From contig JBHHXT010000074.1 in NCBI GenBank assembly GCA_046757165.1, positions 1-20,971 of the forward strand: a DNA stretch of 20,971 bases, in the 5' to 3' direction. The DNA is from a bacterium. GTDB taxonomy: Bacteria > Zhuqueibacterota > Zhuqueibacteria > Oceanimicrobiales > Oceanimicrobiaceae. The notes beneath the pieces were generated by a model. The model was given only the letters and a program-made list of their open reading frames with translations. It was not told the origin of the DNA and ran no database searches. A program made the position numbers and the translations under genes. Below are positions 1 through 8,053 of the stretch, one piece after another (position 1 is the first letter of the stretch; every line of letters starts with the position of its first letter).

Positions 1-174
1 AATGGAACGCGGATTTAACGGATTTGACGGATTTACACGGATCTGATTTTGGGTGAAAGCCAAGAAATTCATGCACCATATGATCTCCACTCCACTGACT
101 TCGGCACATTACATGAATTATGATTAAGTCCAATCCGTTCCGATCCGCTAAATCCGTCTTATCCGTGTTCCATT
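1..174. repeat. REP-like long imperfect inverted repeat built from ~9-bp (A)CGGAT units
   Basis: Left arm AATGGAACGCGGATTTAACGGATTTGACGGATTTACACGGAT (1-42) mirrors right arm ATCCGTTCCGATCCGCTAAATCCGTCTTATCCGTGTTCCATT (133-174). Confidence 0.8.
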
Positions 175-228
175 TCTTCTACTTTTTTGCAGAAGATGCG
201 TGGGAATAACATAGAGGATTGCGCAACC

Positions 229-1056
229 ATGAACGGACTGCAGGAAAGAATCGAGGTCGCCTATTCAGCCAGCCAGGTGGATGAGTCGGCCCGGAGCCTC
301 GTCGATGAGCTGAAGCGGCGCCTGAATGCGGGCGAGGTTCGGGCCGCGCATAAACAGGACGGAAAATGGCAGGTCAACCCGTGGGTGAAGAAGGGCATCT
401 TGCTCGGATTCCGGCTGGGGGAGATGGTCGATTATTCCGTCAACGAGTCGTTCCGGTTTTATGACAAGAGCACCTACCCCCTGAAGCGGTTCGGGCTTGC
501 GGACCGGGTGCGGCAGGTGCCGGGCGGCTCGGCGATCCGGGATGGGACCTATGTTGCGCCGGGCGTGGTGATCATGCCGCCGGCTTATATCAATGTTGGC
601 GCCTATGTCGGGGAGGGCACGATGATTGACTCGCACGCGCTGGTCGGCTCGTGCGCGCAGATTGGCGCGCATGTGCACCTGAGCGCCGGCGCCCAAATCG
701 GCGGTGTCCTGGAGCCGGTTGGCAGCATGCCGGTGATCATCGAAGACCACGTGCTGGTGGGAGGCAATTGCGGCGTTTTCGACGGCACCCGGGTGTGTGA
801 GCACGCGGTGATCGCCGCAGGTACGGTTCTGACGGCCTCGACGCCTGTTTTTGACCTGGTGAAGGAAGACATCCTGCGCAAAACGGACACGTCGCCGCTG
901 GTGATCCCTCCGGGCGCTGTGGTCGTGCAAGGATCACGACTCCTTCCCCAGCCTTTCGCCAAGGAGCATGGCCTGAGCTTGAACACGCCGATCATCATCA
1001 AGTACCGGGATGAGAAGACCGACGCGGCGACAGCTCTGGAGAATTTCTTGCGATGA
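229..1056 (+). CDS. dapD: 2,3,4,5-tetrahydropyridine-2,6-dicarboxylate N-succinyltransferase
   Basis: Motifs [43 protein letters not shown] and [14 protein letters not shown], plus hexapeptide repeats. ATG at 229 follows AGAGGA (213-218), so it is preferred over the ORF-track start at 187. Confidence 0.93.
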   Translation: MNGLQERIEVAYSASQVDESARSLVDELKRRLNAGEVRAAHKQDGKWQVNPWVKKGILLGFRLGEMVDYSVNESFRFYDKSTYPLKRFGLADRVRQVPGGSAIRDGTYVAPGVVIMPPAYINVGAYVGEGTMIDSHALVGSCAQIGAHVHLSAGAQIGGVLEPVGSMPVIIEDHVLVGGNCGVFDGTRVCEHAVIAAGTVLTASTPVFDLVKEDILRKTDTSPLVIPPGAVVVQGSRLLPQPFAKEHGLSLNTPIIIKYRDEKTDAATALENFLR

Positions 1057-2240
1057 AAGTGATTGTGCAAAAATACGGCGGCAGCTCCTTAGCTGCGCCT
1101 GAGCTGATCGAACGAATCGCCGGGCGAGTGATTGCCACCAAAGAGAGAGGGTACTCGGTTGTGGTCGTGGTTTCGGCGCTGGGAGATACGACGGACCATC
1201 TGGTCGCTCTGGCCAAACAAATCACGCAGAATCCACCGCCGCGCGAGATGGACATGCTGCTTTCTGTGGGCGAGCGGGTCTCCATCGCTTTGTTGACCAT
1301 GGCGATCATCGAACGCGGCCACACTGCGATTTCTTTCACCGGCTCGCAAGTGGGCATCATCACCACCACCGACCACACGCGCGCTCGTATTCTCGAGATC
1401 AAAGGCGACCGGATTCGCCAGGAGCTCGAGCAGGGCAAGATCGTCGTCATTGCGGGTTTCCAGGGCGTGAGTGTCGAAAAAGAGATCACGACCCTGGGGC
1501 GCGGGGGTTCCGATACCACGGCGGTGGCGCTGGCCGCCGCACTCGACGCCGAGGCGTGCGAGATCATGACGGACGTGGATGGGGTTTACACCGCCGATCC
1601 GCAACTTGTTCCCTCCGCTGAACGTCTGCGACGCTTGAGTTTCGACGAAATGCTGGACATGGCGGACAGCGGCGCGCAGGTGCTGAAATCATCAGCGGTT
1701 GAATTTGCCAAGCGCCACAACATCAAACTCGAGGTTGGCTCCAGTTTTACCGGTGAGATCGGCACGATCATCACCAATGGCGAGCTGGACCGAAACCGCG
1801 TCACCGGGGTGGGCCAGGATGCCAACATCGTTCTGGTGAAGGTGACAGGTGAGAACGAAGGCACGCGCGCCGCCCTGATAACCTCCCTGGCCAGGAATGG
1901 CGTGCCGGTCAAATTCGTCTGGCAGTCCGGGAACACGTTGGCTTTCTTGCTGAGCGCAGATGCTCTAGAGCGTGCACATGAGCTCATCGCCGCGCAACAA
2001 GCTTCTGACCCTGCCTTGCGGGTGGAGACCGACCACGACCTCGGCCTCCTTGCTATAACGGGAACAGGCATCAACTTTGGCACCGATATTATGGCCAGAG
2101 CGATGGAGGTCTTCGAGGAGATGGCGCTCAGGCCACGGGTGCTGCAATTCTCCGAGACACGCCTGTGCTTCGGGGTTGACAAGCGATATCTGAAGCAAGC
2201 CGTCAACGCAATGCATCACGCCTTATTCGACAGGAGCTGA
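1053..2240 (+). CDS. lysC: Aspartate kinase
   Basis: [57 protein letters not shown]. The start overlaps the dapD stop (ATGA). Confidence 0.95.
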   Translation: MKVIVQKYGGSSLAAPELIERIAGRVIATKERGYSVVVVVSALGDTTDHLVALAKQITQNPPPREMDMLLSVGERVSIALLTMAIIERGHTAISFTGSQVGIITTTDHTRARILEIKGDRIRQELEQGKIVVIAGFQGVSVEKEITTLGRGGSDTTAVALAAALDAEACEIMTDVDGVYTADPQLVPSAERLRRLSFDEMLDMADSGAQVLKSSAVEFAKRHNIKLEVGSSFTGEIGTIITNGELDRNRVTGVGQDANIVLVKVTGENEGTRAALITSLARNGVPVKFVWQSGNTLAFLLSADALERAHELIAAQQASDPALRVETDHDLGLLAITGTGINFGTDIMARAMEVFEEMALRPRVLQFSETRLCFGVDKRYLKQAVNAMHHALFDRS

Positions 2241-2241
2241 C

Positions 2242-3285
2242 ATGAAGCCATCTCACATTGCCATCGTGGGCGCTACAGGCATGGTCGGCCGGATGTTCAT
2301 GAGCATTCTGGAACAAAGAGATTTCCCGCTGTCCGAACTTCGGCTGCTGGCCTCGCCGCGCTCGGCGGGTCAGAAAATTGCATTTCGCGGCCAGGAGAAG
2401 ACGGTGCACGTGCTCGACCGCAATTCGTTTGACGGGATCGATATCGCACTGTTCTCAGCCGGTGCGCCCGTCAGCAAAGAATTCGCGCCCATCGCCACTG
2501 ACTCGGGCGCCACGGTCATCGACAACAGCAGCGCCTGGCGGATGCACGACAACGTGCCGCTCGTGGTGCCGGAAGTCAACCCGGAGGCCCTCGCGCCGGA
2601 GCACAAGCTCATTGCCAACCCGAACTGTTCGACCATTCAGACGGTCATGGCTCTCAAACCGCTGCATGATGCAGCCGGGATGAAGCGGCTGGTGATTTCA
2701 ACCTACCAGTCGGTTTCGGGCAAGGGCAAGGCCGCTGTGGATGAGATGGTTGCGCAAAGCAAGTGCACGCTCGACCATGAGGAAATCACCTGCGAGGTCT
2801 TTCCCCACCCGATTGCCTTCAACATGTTGCCACACATCGATGTGTTTCTCGACGATGGCTACACCAAAGAGGAGCACAAGATGGTCGACGAGACGCGCAA
2901 GATCATGGCCGTGCCGGCCTTGCCGGTTTCAGCAACTTGCGTCCGCGTGCCCGTGCACACGGGCCATTGCGTCACCCTGAACCTCGAGTTCGAGTCGCCA
3001 TTCTCTCCCACTGAGGCACGCAATTCTCTGGAAGCGTTCCCGGGCGTGGTGGTGATGGACGATCCGGAAAACGACCTTTACCCCACGCCTGCTTTTGCGG
3101 CTGGCAAGGATGACGTGTTCGTCGGCCGAATTCGCCAGGATCCGTCTGTCAAGAACGGCCTCAACTTGTGGGTCGTTTCTGACAATTTGCGCAAGGGAGC
3201 TGCGTTGAATACCATTCAGATCGCCGAGCTGCTTTTGGGCAGGACCAAGCCATTTTCAAACGACCGGCCAGCCACAAAACACTGA
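2242..3285 (+). CDS. asd: Aspartate-semialdehyde dehydrogenase
   Basis: IAIVGATGMVG Rossmann motif, IDNSSAWRM, catalytic IANPNCSTIQ, STYQSVSG, CVRVPV..GH, DNLRKGAALN. Confidence 0.96.
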   Translation: MKPSHIAIVGATGMVGRMFMSILEQRDFPLSELRLLASPRSAGQKIAFRGQEKTVHVLDRNSFDGIDIALFSAGAPVSKEFAPIATDSGATVIDNSSAWRMHDNVPLVVPEVNPEALAPEHKLIANPNCSTIQTVMALKPLHDAAGMKRLVISTYQSVSGKGKAAVDEMVAQSKCTLDHEEITCEVFPHPIAFNMLPHIDVFLDDGYTKEEHKMVDETRKIMAVPALPVSATCVRVPVHTGHCVTLNLEFESPFSPTEARNSLEAFPGVVVMDDPENDLYPTPAFAAGKDDVFVGRIRQDPSVKNGLNLWVVSDNLRKGAALNTIQIAELLLGRTKPFSNDRPATKH

Positions 3286-3569
3286 CAAAAAACAAGGTGC
3301 AAGAGTTGACGGCTTTGATCAAATTAGAATCCATGGCCTTGTATTTCCAGGGTTTATCGCCAGGAATAATCCAGGCTACTTATCTGTTGCGTTGTTTATT
3401 GAATTTACCTATCTTACCTTTCAAAATCTTATCATATAATATAAAACAGTCACTTACAAGAGTGTTTCCTTCTTCGACCAACTGATCATATCGAGTGAAC
3501 AACTAAATAAATGTGGTTTTTTCTTTACTTACTCAAGGAAAAACCTTTACGTTCAACGGAGGGAGCATC

Positions 3570-4586
3570 ATGAAAACATTGCTTTTTGTCTGTCTATTCG
3601 TTGCTTTTTTCACGCTTGCCATCGGGCCTGCTTTGTGGGCACAGCCGAGCGAAGTGTCCATCGTCGCCAGCAAGGACAACACGCTTTATGAAGACGTGAA
3701 CGGCGCACTGAGCAACGGAATCGGCCCGGCCTTTTTTGTCGGCAAGACAAATCAGGGCCGGATTCGGCGAGCCGTGGTCCAGTTTGACCTCGCTGAGATT
3801 CCCGAGGGCGCCACCATCCAGAGTGTCACCCTGACTCTCAATCTATCACGAACGAACGCGCTGGCGGGCGCGCAAACCGTTAGCTTGCACAAAGTGTCAG
3901 CAGACTGGGGAGAAGGGTCCTCCGACGATACGTTTCGCGGAGGCGGCCAGGGCACGGCAGCAGCGGACAGCGATGCCACCTGGATTCACCGCTTCTTTGA
4001 CACCGATAATTGGACAACCGCCGGCGGGGATTTTGATGACACCCCGAGCGGCAGCCAGGTCATTGAACAAATAGGCAGCTACACCTGGGAGTCCACCGCA
4101 GAAATGGTGGCAGACGTGCAAGACTGGGTCGAAAATCCGGCGCAAAATTTTGGCTGGATCCTCATCGGCAACGAAAGCACCAACCGGACAACCAAACGCT
4201 TTGACTCCAAGGACAACGCGACTCCGGACAACCGACCTGTGCTCACCGTGACCTTCTTGCCGCCGAGCAGCGTTGAGGATGGCACACCCGAGATTCCTTC
4301 CGCCATCGGTCTTGCGCAGAACTACCCCAATCCGTTCAATCCGGGCACGGTGATTCGGTACAGCGTGCCGCAAACGCGTGGCTCATCGGTCGTCCGTCTG
4401 GAAATCTACAATCTGCTCGGCCAGAAAGTCAAAACGCTGGTTGCAGGTGCCCGGCCTGCCGGCTCATATGCGGTCGAGTGGGACGGCCGTACCGAGCACG
4501 AAGACCTGGCGCCAACGGGTATCTATGTCTACCGCCTGAGCATGGGCGAGTTCATCGAGACCCGAAAGATGACGCTTTTACGTTAA
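3570..4586 (+). CDS. Secreted DNRLRE-like domain protein with C-terminal FlgD-Ig/T9SS-type sorting domain
   Basis: Signal peptide MKTLLFVCLFVAFFTLAIGPALWA after GGAGGG. Motifs SKDNTLYE, RRAVVQFDL, NFGWILIGNE..KRFDS and RPVLTV. Tail LAQNYPNPFNP...WDGR...GIYVYRL...TRKMTLLR. Confidence 0.75.
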   Translation: MKTLLFVCLFVAFFTLAIGPALWAQPSEVSIVASKDNTLYEDVNGALSNGIGPAFFVGKTNQGRIRRAVVQFDLAEIPEGATIQSVTLTLNLSRTNALAGAQTVSLHKVSADWGEGSSDDTFRGGGQGTAAADSDATWIHRFFDTDNWTTAGGDFDDTPSGSQVIEQIGSYTWESTAEMVADVQDWVENPAQNFGWILIGNESTNRTTKRFDSKDNATPDNRPVLTVTFLPPSSVEDGTPEIPSAIGLAQNYPNPFNPGTVIRYSVPQTRGSSVVRLEIYNLLGQKVKTLVAGARPAGSYAVEWDGRTEHEDLAPTGIYVYRLSMGEFIETRKMTLLR

Positions 4587-4617
4587 GGGTTGGCAATTCC
4601 TTTCCTGGTTTGATTGC

Positions 4618-4646
4618 TCGAAGCTTTCCCGTGAAGGCTTCGATTT
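4618..4646 (+). terminator. Possible intrinsic terminator hairpin
   Basis: TCGAAGCTTTC...GAAGGCTTCGA stem (with G-U pairing) ~30 nt after the stop codon, but with only a short TTT tail. Confidence 0.3.
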
Positions 4647-4677
4647 GGACGAATCCGTCTAAACCCCGAATGCGGTC

Positions 4678-4705
4678 TTGACATTGAGGGAAACTGTTTT
4701 ATATT
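4678..4705 (+). promoter_or_regulatory. sigma70-type promoter for the cytochrome-barrel gene
   Basis: TTGACA (4678-4683), 16-nt spacer, TATATT (4700-4705). RBS GGAGGGAG precedes ATG 4773. Confidence 0.55.
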
Positions 4706-4772
4706 GTGAAGACTTTTTTCGTGTGCTTTCAGAGGGAATGATATCAGAGTAGGCCTAATACGGAGGGAGTGT

Positions 4773-6026
4773 ATGCGATGTGCCAGCCTCAGCATCGCCA
4801 GACCGGTGGTGCTGATTGCCTGTACTTTGCTGGCTGTCATGCTGCTTGCACGTGTTGGACTCGCTCAGGAGCAGATTCCTGACGAGATTCTCGACATTTT
4901 TGATAGCAGGTGCGCATTTTCTGGTTGTCACGCGGGGACGCGTGCGCCGAAAGGTCTGGACTTGACCGAAGAGTTTGCCCTGGCCTCGCTGGTCAATCAG
5001 CCCAGCCGAGAGTCGAAGGTGTACTTGCGTGTCCAGCCGAAGAATCCGGCCGGCAGTTATCTCATCATGAAAATAAGGGGCGCTCCCGGCATCGAGGGCA
5101 AACGGATGCCGAACGGAAAAACCCCGCTCTCCGGGTCAGAAATTGCGGCCATCGAAAGATGGATCGAGTCGCTGCCCACCGGAATGAAGGTTCAGGCACC
5201 GGAGCGAAAATATGCCGAGGCGTTTCCAGGGCTGACCCTCGCCACCCTGCCGACCGCAGAAACCCTGGAAAGCGGTTTTTTTTCCTACCGCATTGCCCAC
5301 CGCTGGCGCGGCGAAGTGGTGGACAGCGGCTTCGCTGAATTGTTCGGCCTGGATGCCGGCGCCCGTATCCTGACCCAGCTCACGTTTGCACTCAGCAACG
5401 AGGTCGACTTTTCTGTGGGAAGAACGAGTGCAAATGCCACCTTCGAGTTCATCGGCAAATGGCGGTTCTTGCGCGAAAGAAATGACGGCGCCGTGCCGCT
5501 GTCAGCGGCTGTGGTCGCCGGTCTGGACTGGGCCACGCGCAAGCACCTCACCAATGTCGCAGAAGATCTCAGCCGCACCAACAGCGAGCGCTTTCACTGG
5601 TTCGCTCAGGTCGCGCTGTCGAAGCGACTTGGCAAAAGAGTCTCCGTGCTGTTTGCCCCCGGCGTGCTGCTGAACGGCAACGCGCAGGTCGATGATGAGG
5701 AGGCGCTAGTCACGCTTGGCTTTGGCGCAAAACTCATGCTCATCCCGGATCTTTCCATTTTTGTCGAGGGCGTGCCCATCATCTCGGGCTCCGAAAGTGC
5801 CGACATCGTCGAAGGCGCGCGCAACGAAAGCGGAGAGCTGGTGTTCAACGACACCTTCACCGTTGGTCTGGAAAAGAAGGTGGGTGGCCACGTCTTCCAT
5901 GTCTACATCACGAATTCCATCGGCCTGTCAACGAACCAGTACCTGAGTGGCGGCAACCTCGATTTTTCCGAAGGGAAGTTCAGGCTGGGGTTCAATGTGT
6001 ACAGAACCTTGCGGCTGCCATTTTAG
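4773..6026 (+). CDS. Cytochrome c domain (CX4CH) fused to a DUF5777-like outer-membrane beta-barrel
   Basis: Signal peptide; CAFSGCH; RVQPKNPAGSYLIMKI..G.RMP typical of a planctomycete-type cytochrome c domain. The C-terminal part has YRIAHRW, LFGLDAGA and VGGHVFHVYITNS..FRLGFN (DUF5777-like) and ends in Phe. Confidence 0.72.
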   Translation: MRCASLSIARPVVLIACTLLAVMLLARVGLAQEQIPDEILDIFDSRCAFSGCHAGTRAPKGLDLTEEFALASLVNQPSRESKVYLRVQPKNPAGSYLIMKIRGAPGIEGKRMPNGKTPLSGSEIAAIERWIESLPTGMKVQAPERKYAEAFPGLTLATLPTAETLESGFFSYRIAHRWRGEVVDSGFAELFGLDAGARILTQLTFALSNEVDFSVGRTSANATFEFIGKWRFLRERNDGAVPLSAAVVAGLDWATRKHLTNVAEDLSRTNSERFHWFAQVALSKRLGKRVSVLFAPGVLLNGNAQVDDEEALVTLGFGAKLMLIPDLSIFVEGVPIISGSESADIVEGARNESGELVFNDTFTVGLEKKVGGHVFHVYITNSIGLSTNQYLSGGNLDFSEGKFRLGFNVYRTLRLPF

Positions 6027-6030
6027 CGGG

Positions 6031-6083
6031 ATGCGAGACCTGATTTTTACGAGGTGGCCACCTCTCTCGACGTTTTCATCGCG
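6031..6083 (+). pseudogene. 5' remnant of a dihydrofolate reductase/RibD_C family gene
   Basis: ATG CGA GAC CTG ATT [TT] TAC GAG GTG GCC ACC TCT CTC GAC GTT TTC ATC GCG reads MRDLI/YEVATSLDVFIA across a poly-T frameshift, resembling the family start MRKLIYYVATSLDGFIA. Confidence 0.5.
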
Positions 6084-6131
6084 CCCCTACCGTTGTCACC
6101 GTGTTCTCTCCAACTCATGAATCTTTTTTTC

Positions 6132-6195
6132 TTGCATGCATGGGCTAACTTTGTTACCTTGAAATATCGGTGTTAGTGACCGAATTTTCAAGGTA
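6132..6195 (+). promoter_or_regulatory. Promoter with overlapping palindromic operator upstream of ATPase 1
   Basis: TTGCAT (6132)-N17-TACCTT (6155). Inverted repeat TACCTTGAAATATCGGT-N7-ACCGAATTTTCAAGGTA (6155-6195, 15/17 pairs). Confidence 0.65.
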
Positions 6196-6201
6196 CATAC
6201 G

Positions 6202-7362
6202 ATGGTTTTACGCTCGGAATACGAAAACACATTGCGCGACCTGATTCGTGACCACCGGGTAGTTGGAATTATTGGAGCGCGTCAAGTCGGTAAGACGACC
6301 CTGGCCAGAAAGTTCATGGAGCGTGTGCAGCAACCCGTTACGTATTTTGATCTCGAAAACCCGGAGGACCTTGCGCGGATCATCGATCCAATGATTGCTC
6401 TTAAACAATTAAAGGGAATCATCGTGATCGACGAGGTGCAACGCTTGCCCGGCCTGTTTGAAGTCATAAGAGTGTTGGTGGATCGGCCGAGGATGCCCGC
6501 AAAGTTCATTATCCTGGGCAGCACGTCGCCGGATTTATTGCGCCAGGGCTCAGAGACACTTGCCGGGCGCATCTACTATTACGAAATTGGCGGTTTCTCT
6601 GTGGCTGAAGTTGGCATGTCGAACTACGCGAAGCTTTGGTTGCGAGGTGGATTCCCGCGGTCATACCTCGCCCGCACCAATGTTGCAAGCCACCAGTGGC
6701 GTCTGGGATTCGTGCGGACGTTCCTGGAGCGAGACCTGCCACAGCTTGGCGTTCGGATTAGCGCCACTACGTTGCGCCGTTTCTTGACGATGCTGGCTCA
6801 CAACCATGGACGTGTGTGGAATGCTTCTGAATACGGGCGGTCATTTGGAGTTGCTGATACGACTGTGAGAAATTATCTTGACCTCCTAACGAGCGCCCTC
6901 ATAGTCAGGCAACTTCAGCCCTGGCATGAGAACATCAAGAAGCGTCAGGTCAAAGCCCCGAAAGTTTTTTTTGCAGACACCGGTTTGTTGCACTCCCTTC
7001 TCAATTGCAGGAGCCTTGCTGAGCTTGAGGCACATCCCAAGCTTGGGGCATCGTGGGAAGGCTTTGTCATTGAGCAGATAATCAGGCACGTAAAGGCCGC
7101 GCCCGAGGAGTGCTTCTTTTGGGGGACACACAGCGGCGCAGAGCTGGATCTGCTCATCGTCCGGGGCCATCAGCGACTCGGATTTGAAATAAAGCGAACC
7201 TCCGCGCCGGCGGTTACCAAATCCATGAACAGCGCGCTGGTGGATTTGAAACTGCACAGCCTTGATGTTATTCACGCCGGTGAGCACACATTCCCACTGG
7301 CGGACAATATCCGGGCCGTCTCGTTCAGCAGACTACTGGAAGATGTAAAACCCCTGGCTTGA
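6202..7362 (+). CDS. AAA_14 ATPase with DUF4143/PD-(D/E)xK-like C-terminus (copy 1)
   Basis: Walker A GARQVGKTT, Walker B IVIDEVQ, ILGS, SETLAGRI, WLRGGFP, KAPKVFFADTGL, GASWEGFV, ELDLL...FEIK. Confidence 0.9.
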   Translation: MVLRSEYENTLRDLIRDHRVVGIIGARQVGKTTLARKFMERVQQPVTYFDLENPEDLARIIDPMIALKQLKGIIVIDEVQRLPGLFEVIRVLVDRPRMPAKFIILGSTSPDLLRQGSETLAGRIYYYEIGGFSVAEVGMSNYAKLWLRGGFPRSYLARTNVASHQWRLGFVRTFLERDLPQLGVRISATTLRRFLTMLAHNHGRVWNASEYGRSFGVADTTVRNYLDLLTSALIVRQLQPWHENIKKRQVKAPKVFFADTGLLHSLLNCRSLAELEAHPKLGASWEGFVIEQIIRHVKAAPEECFFWGTHSGAELDLLIVRGHQRLGFEIKRTSAPAVTKSMNSALVDLKLHSLDVIHAGEHTFPLADNIRAVSFSRLLEDVKPLA

Positions 7363-7371
7363 GATAGGTTC

Positions 7372-7527
7372 CTTAGTACAGGAATTCGTAAATACTATTA
7401 CGTATTTAATCTCACGCAAAGAGGCCGAGCGCGCAGAGTTTGTTTGTTTTTGAGCTTCATTTCTCTGCGCACCTTGCGGCTTTGCGTGAGGCGATATGTC
7501 ATCGAATTTATGAAAACCAGTACTTAG
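7372..7527. mobile_element. MITE-like element with 22-bp imperfect terminal inverted repeats and an internal REP-like palindrome
   Basis: CTTAGTACAGGAATTCGTAAAT (7372-7393) versus ATTTATGAAAACCAGTACTTAG (7506-7527): 17/22 complementary. Internal CTCACGCAAAG..GCGCAGAG / CTCTGCGC..CTTTGCGTGAG (7411-7490). Confidence 0.55.
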
Positions 7528-7657
7528 TGATTGACAAACGTCCTGTCAGTGCAAGGCGTTTTGGTTGCGATTGGCCTTTCGGATTTGTAACTTCCCAGAA
7601 ACCGGACGATTCAATGAGTCAAACCTGAAGATGGGGTGGTCTCTCCCGTTTTCAGAT

Positions 7658-7703
7658 CCTATGTTTTTTTGGCAGACTTCGCTGCGAAAAACGTCATTTA
7701 GCG
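7658..7703 (+). repeat. Dispersed hairpin repeat, copy A
   Basis: CCTATGTTTTTTTGGCAGACTTCGCTGCGAAAAACGTCATTTAGCG closely matches the reverse complement of 12736-12780. Confidence 0.75.
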
Positions 7704-7729
7704 ACAACAAATTGTCCATTGCGCGGCAT

Positions 7730-7942
7730 ATGATCGGAAAAACCATTTCCCACTACAAAATCATAGAAAAACTCGGCGAAGGCGGCATGGGCGTCGTCTA
7801 CAAAGCCAAGGATACCAAGCTCGACCGCTTCGTGGCCTTGAAATCTTTGCCGGAGCGTCTCACGGTCAGCGACACCGAAAAGGCCCGCTTTCTGCAGGAA
7901 AGCAGACCAGCTGGTGGGATATATGGAGTATATGGAGTATAA
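7730..7942 (+). pseudogene. Truncated Ser/Thr protein kinase (N-lobe stub 1)
   Basis: MIGKTISHYKIIEKLGEGGMGVVYKAKDTKLDRFVALKSLP...KARFLQE covers subdomains I-III. Homology ends near 7900 and the frame then runs through an ATATGGAGT tandem repeat to a stop. Confidence 0.85.
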
Positions 7943-7973
7943 GTGAGGAGTAACAGCCAAAACGCTGATTTTC

Positions 7974-8040
7974 TTGCTTTCCAACCAGGATTTTTGTATA
8001 TAACCATGAAAAAGTTAAATGCAGTTTAATATTTTCATGG
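7974..8040 (+). promoter_or_regulatory. Putative promoter and palindromic operator upstream of ATPase 2
   Basis: TTGCTT (7974)-N17-TATATA. Inverted repeat CCATGAAAAAGTTAAA-N5-TTTAATATTTTCATGG (8004-8040, 14/16 pairs). Confidence 0.62.
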
Positions 8041-8053
8041 ATACTCATGTGTC

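Noticed and set aside
1..174. CRISPR array
   Set aside because: The units are ~9 bp, adjacent and inverted, with no spacers and no cas genes.
3297..3485. 62-aa intergenic ORF
   Set aside because: It lies in an AT-rich promoter-like region (TATAAT at 3435), with a GTG start, atypical codon use and no motifs.
7565..7729. N-terminal extension of the kinase-stub ORF
   Set aside because: It runs through a DNA hairpin repeat, and the family-typical start is MIGKTIS at 7730.
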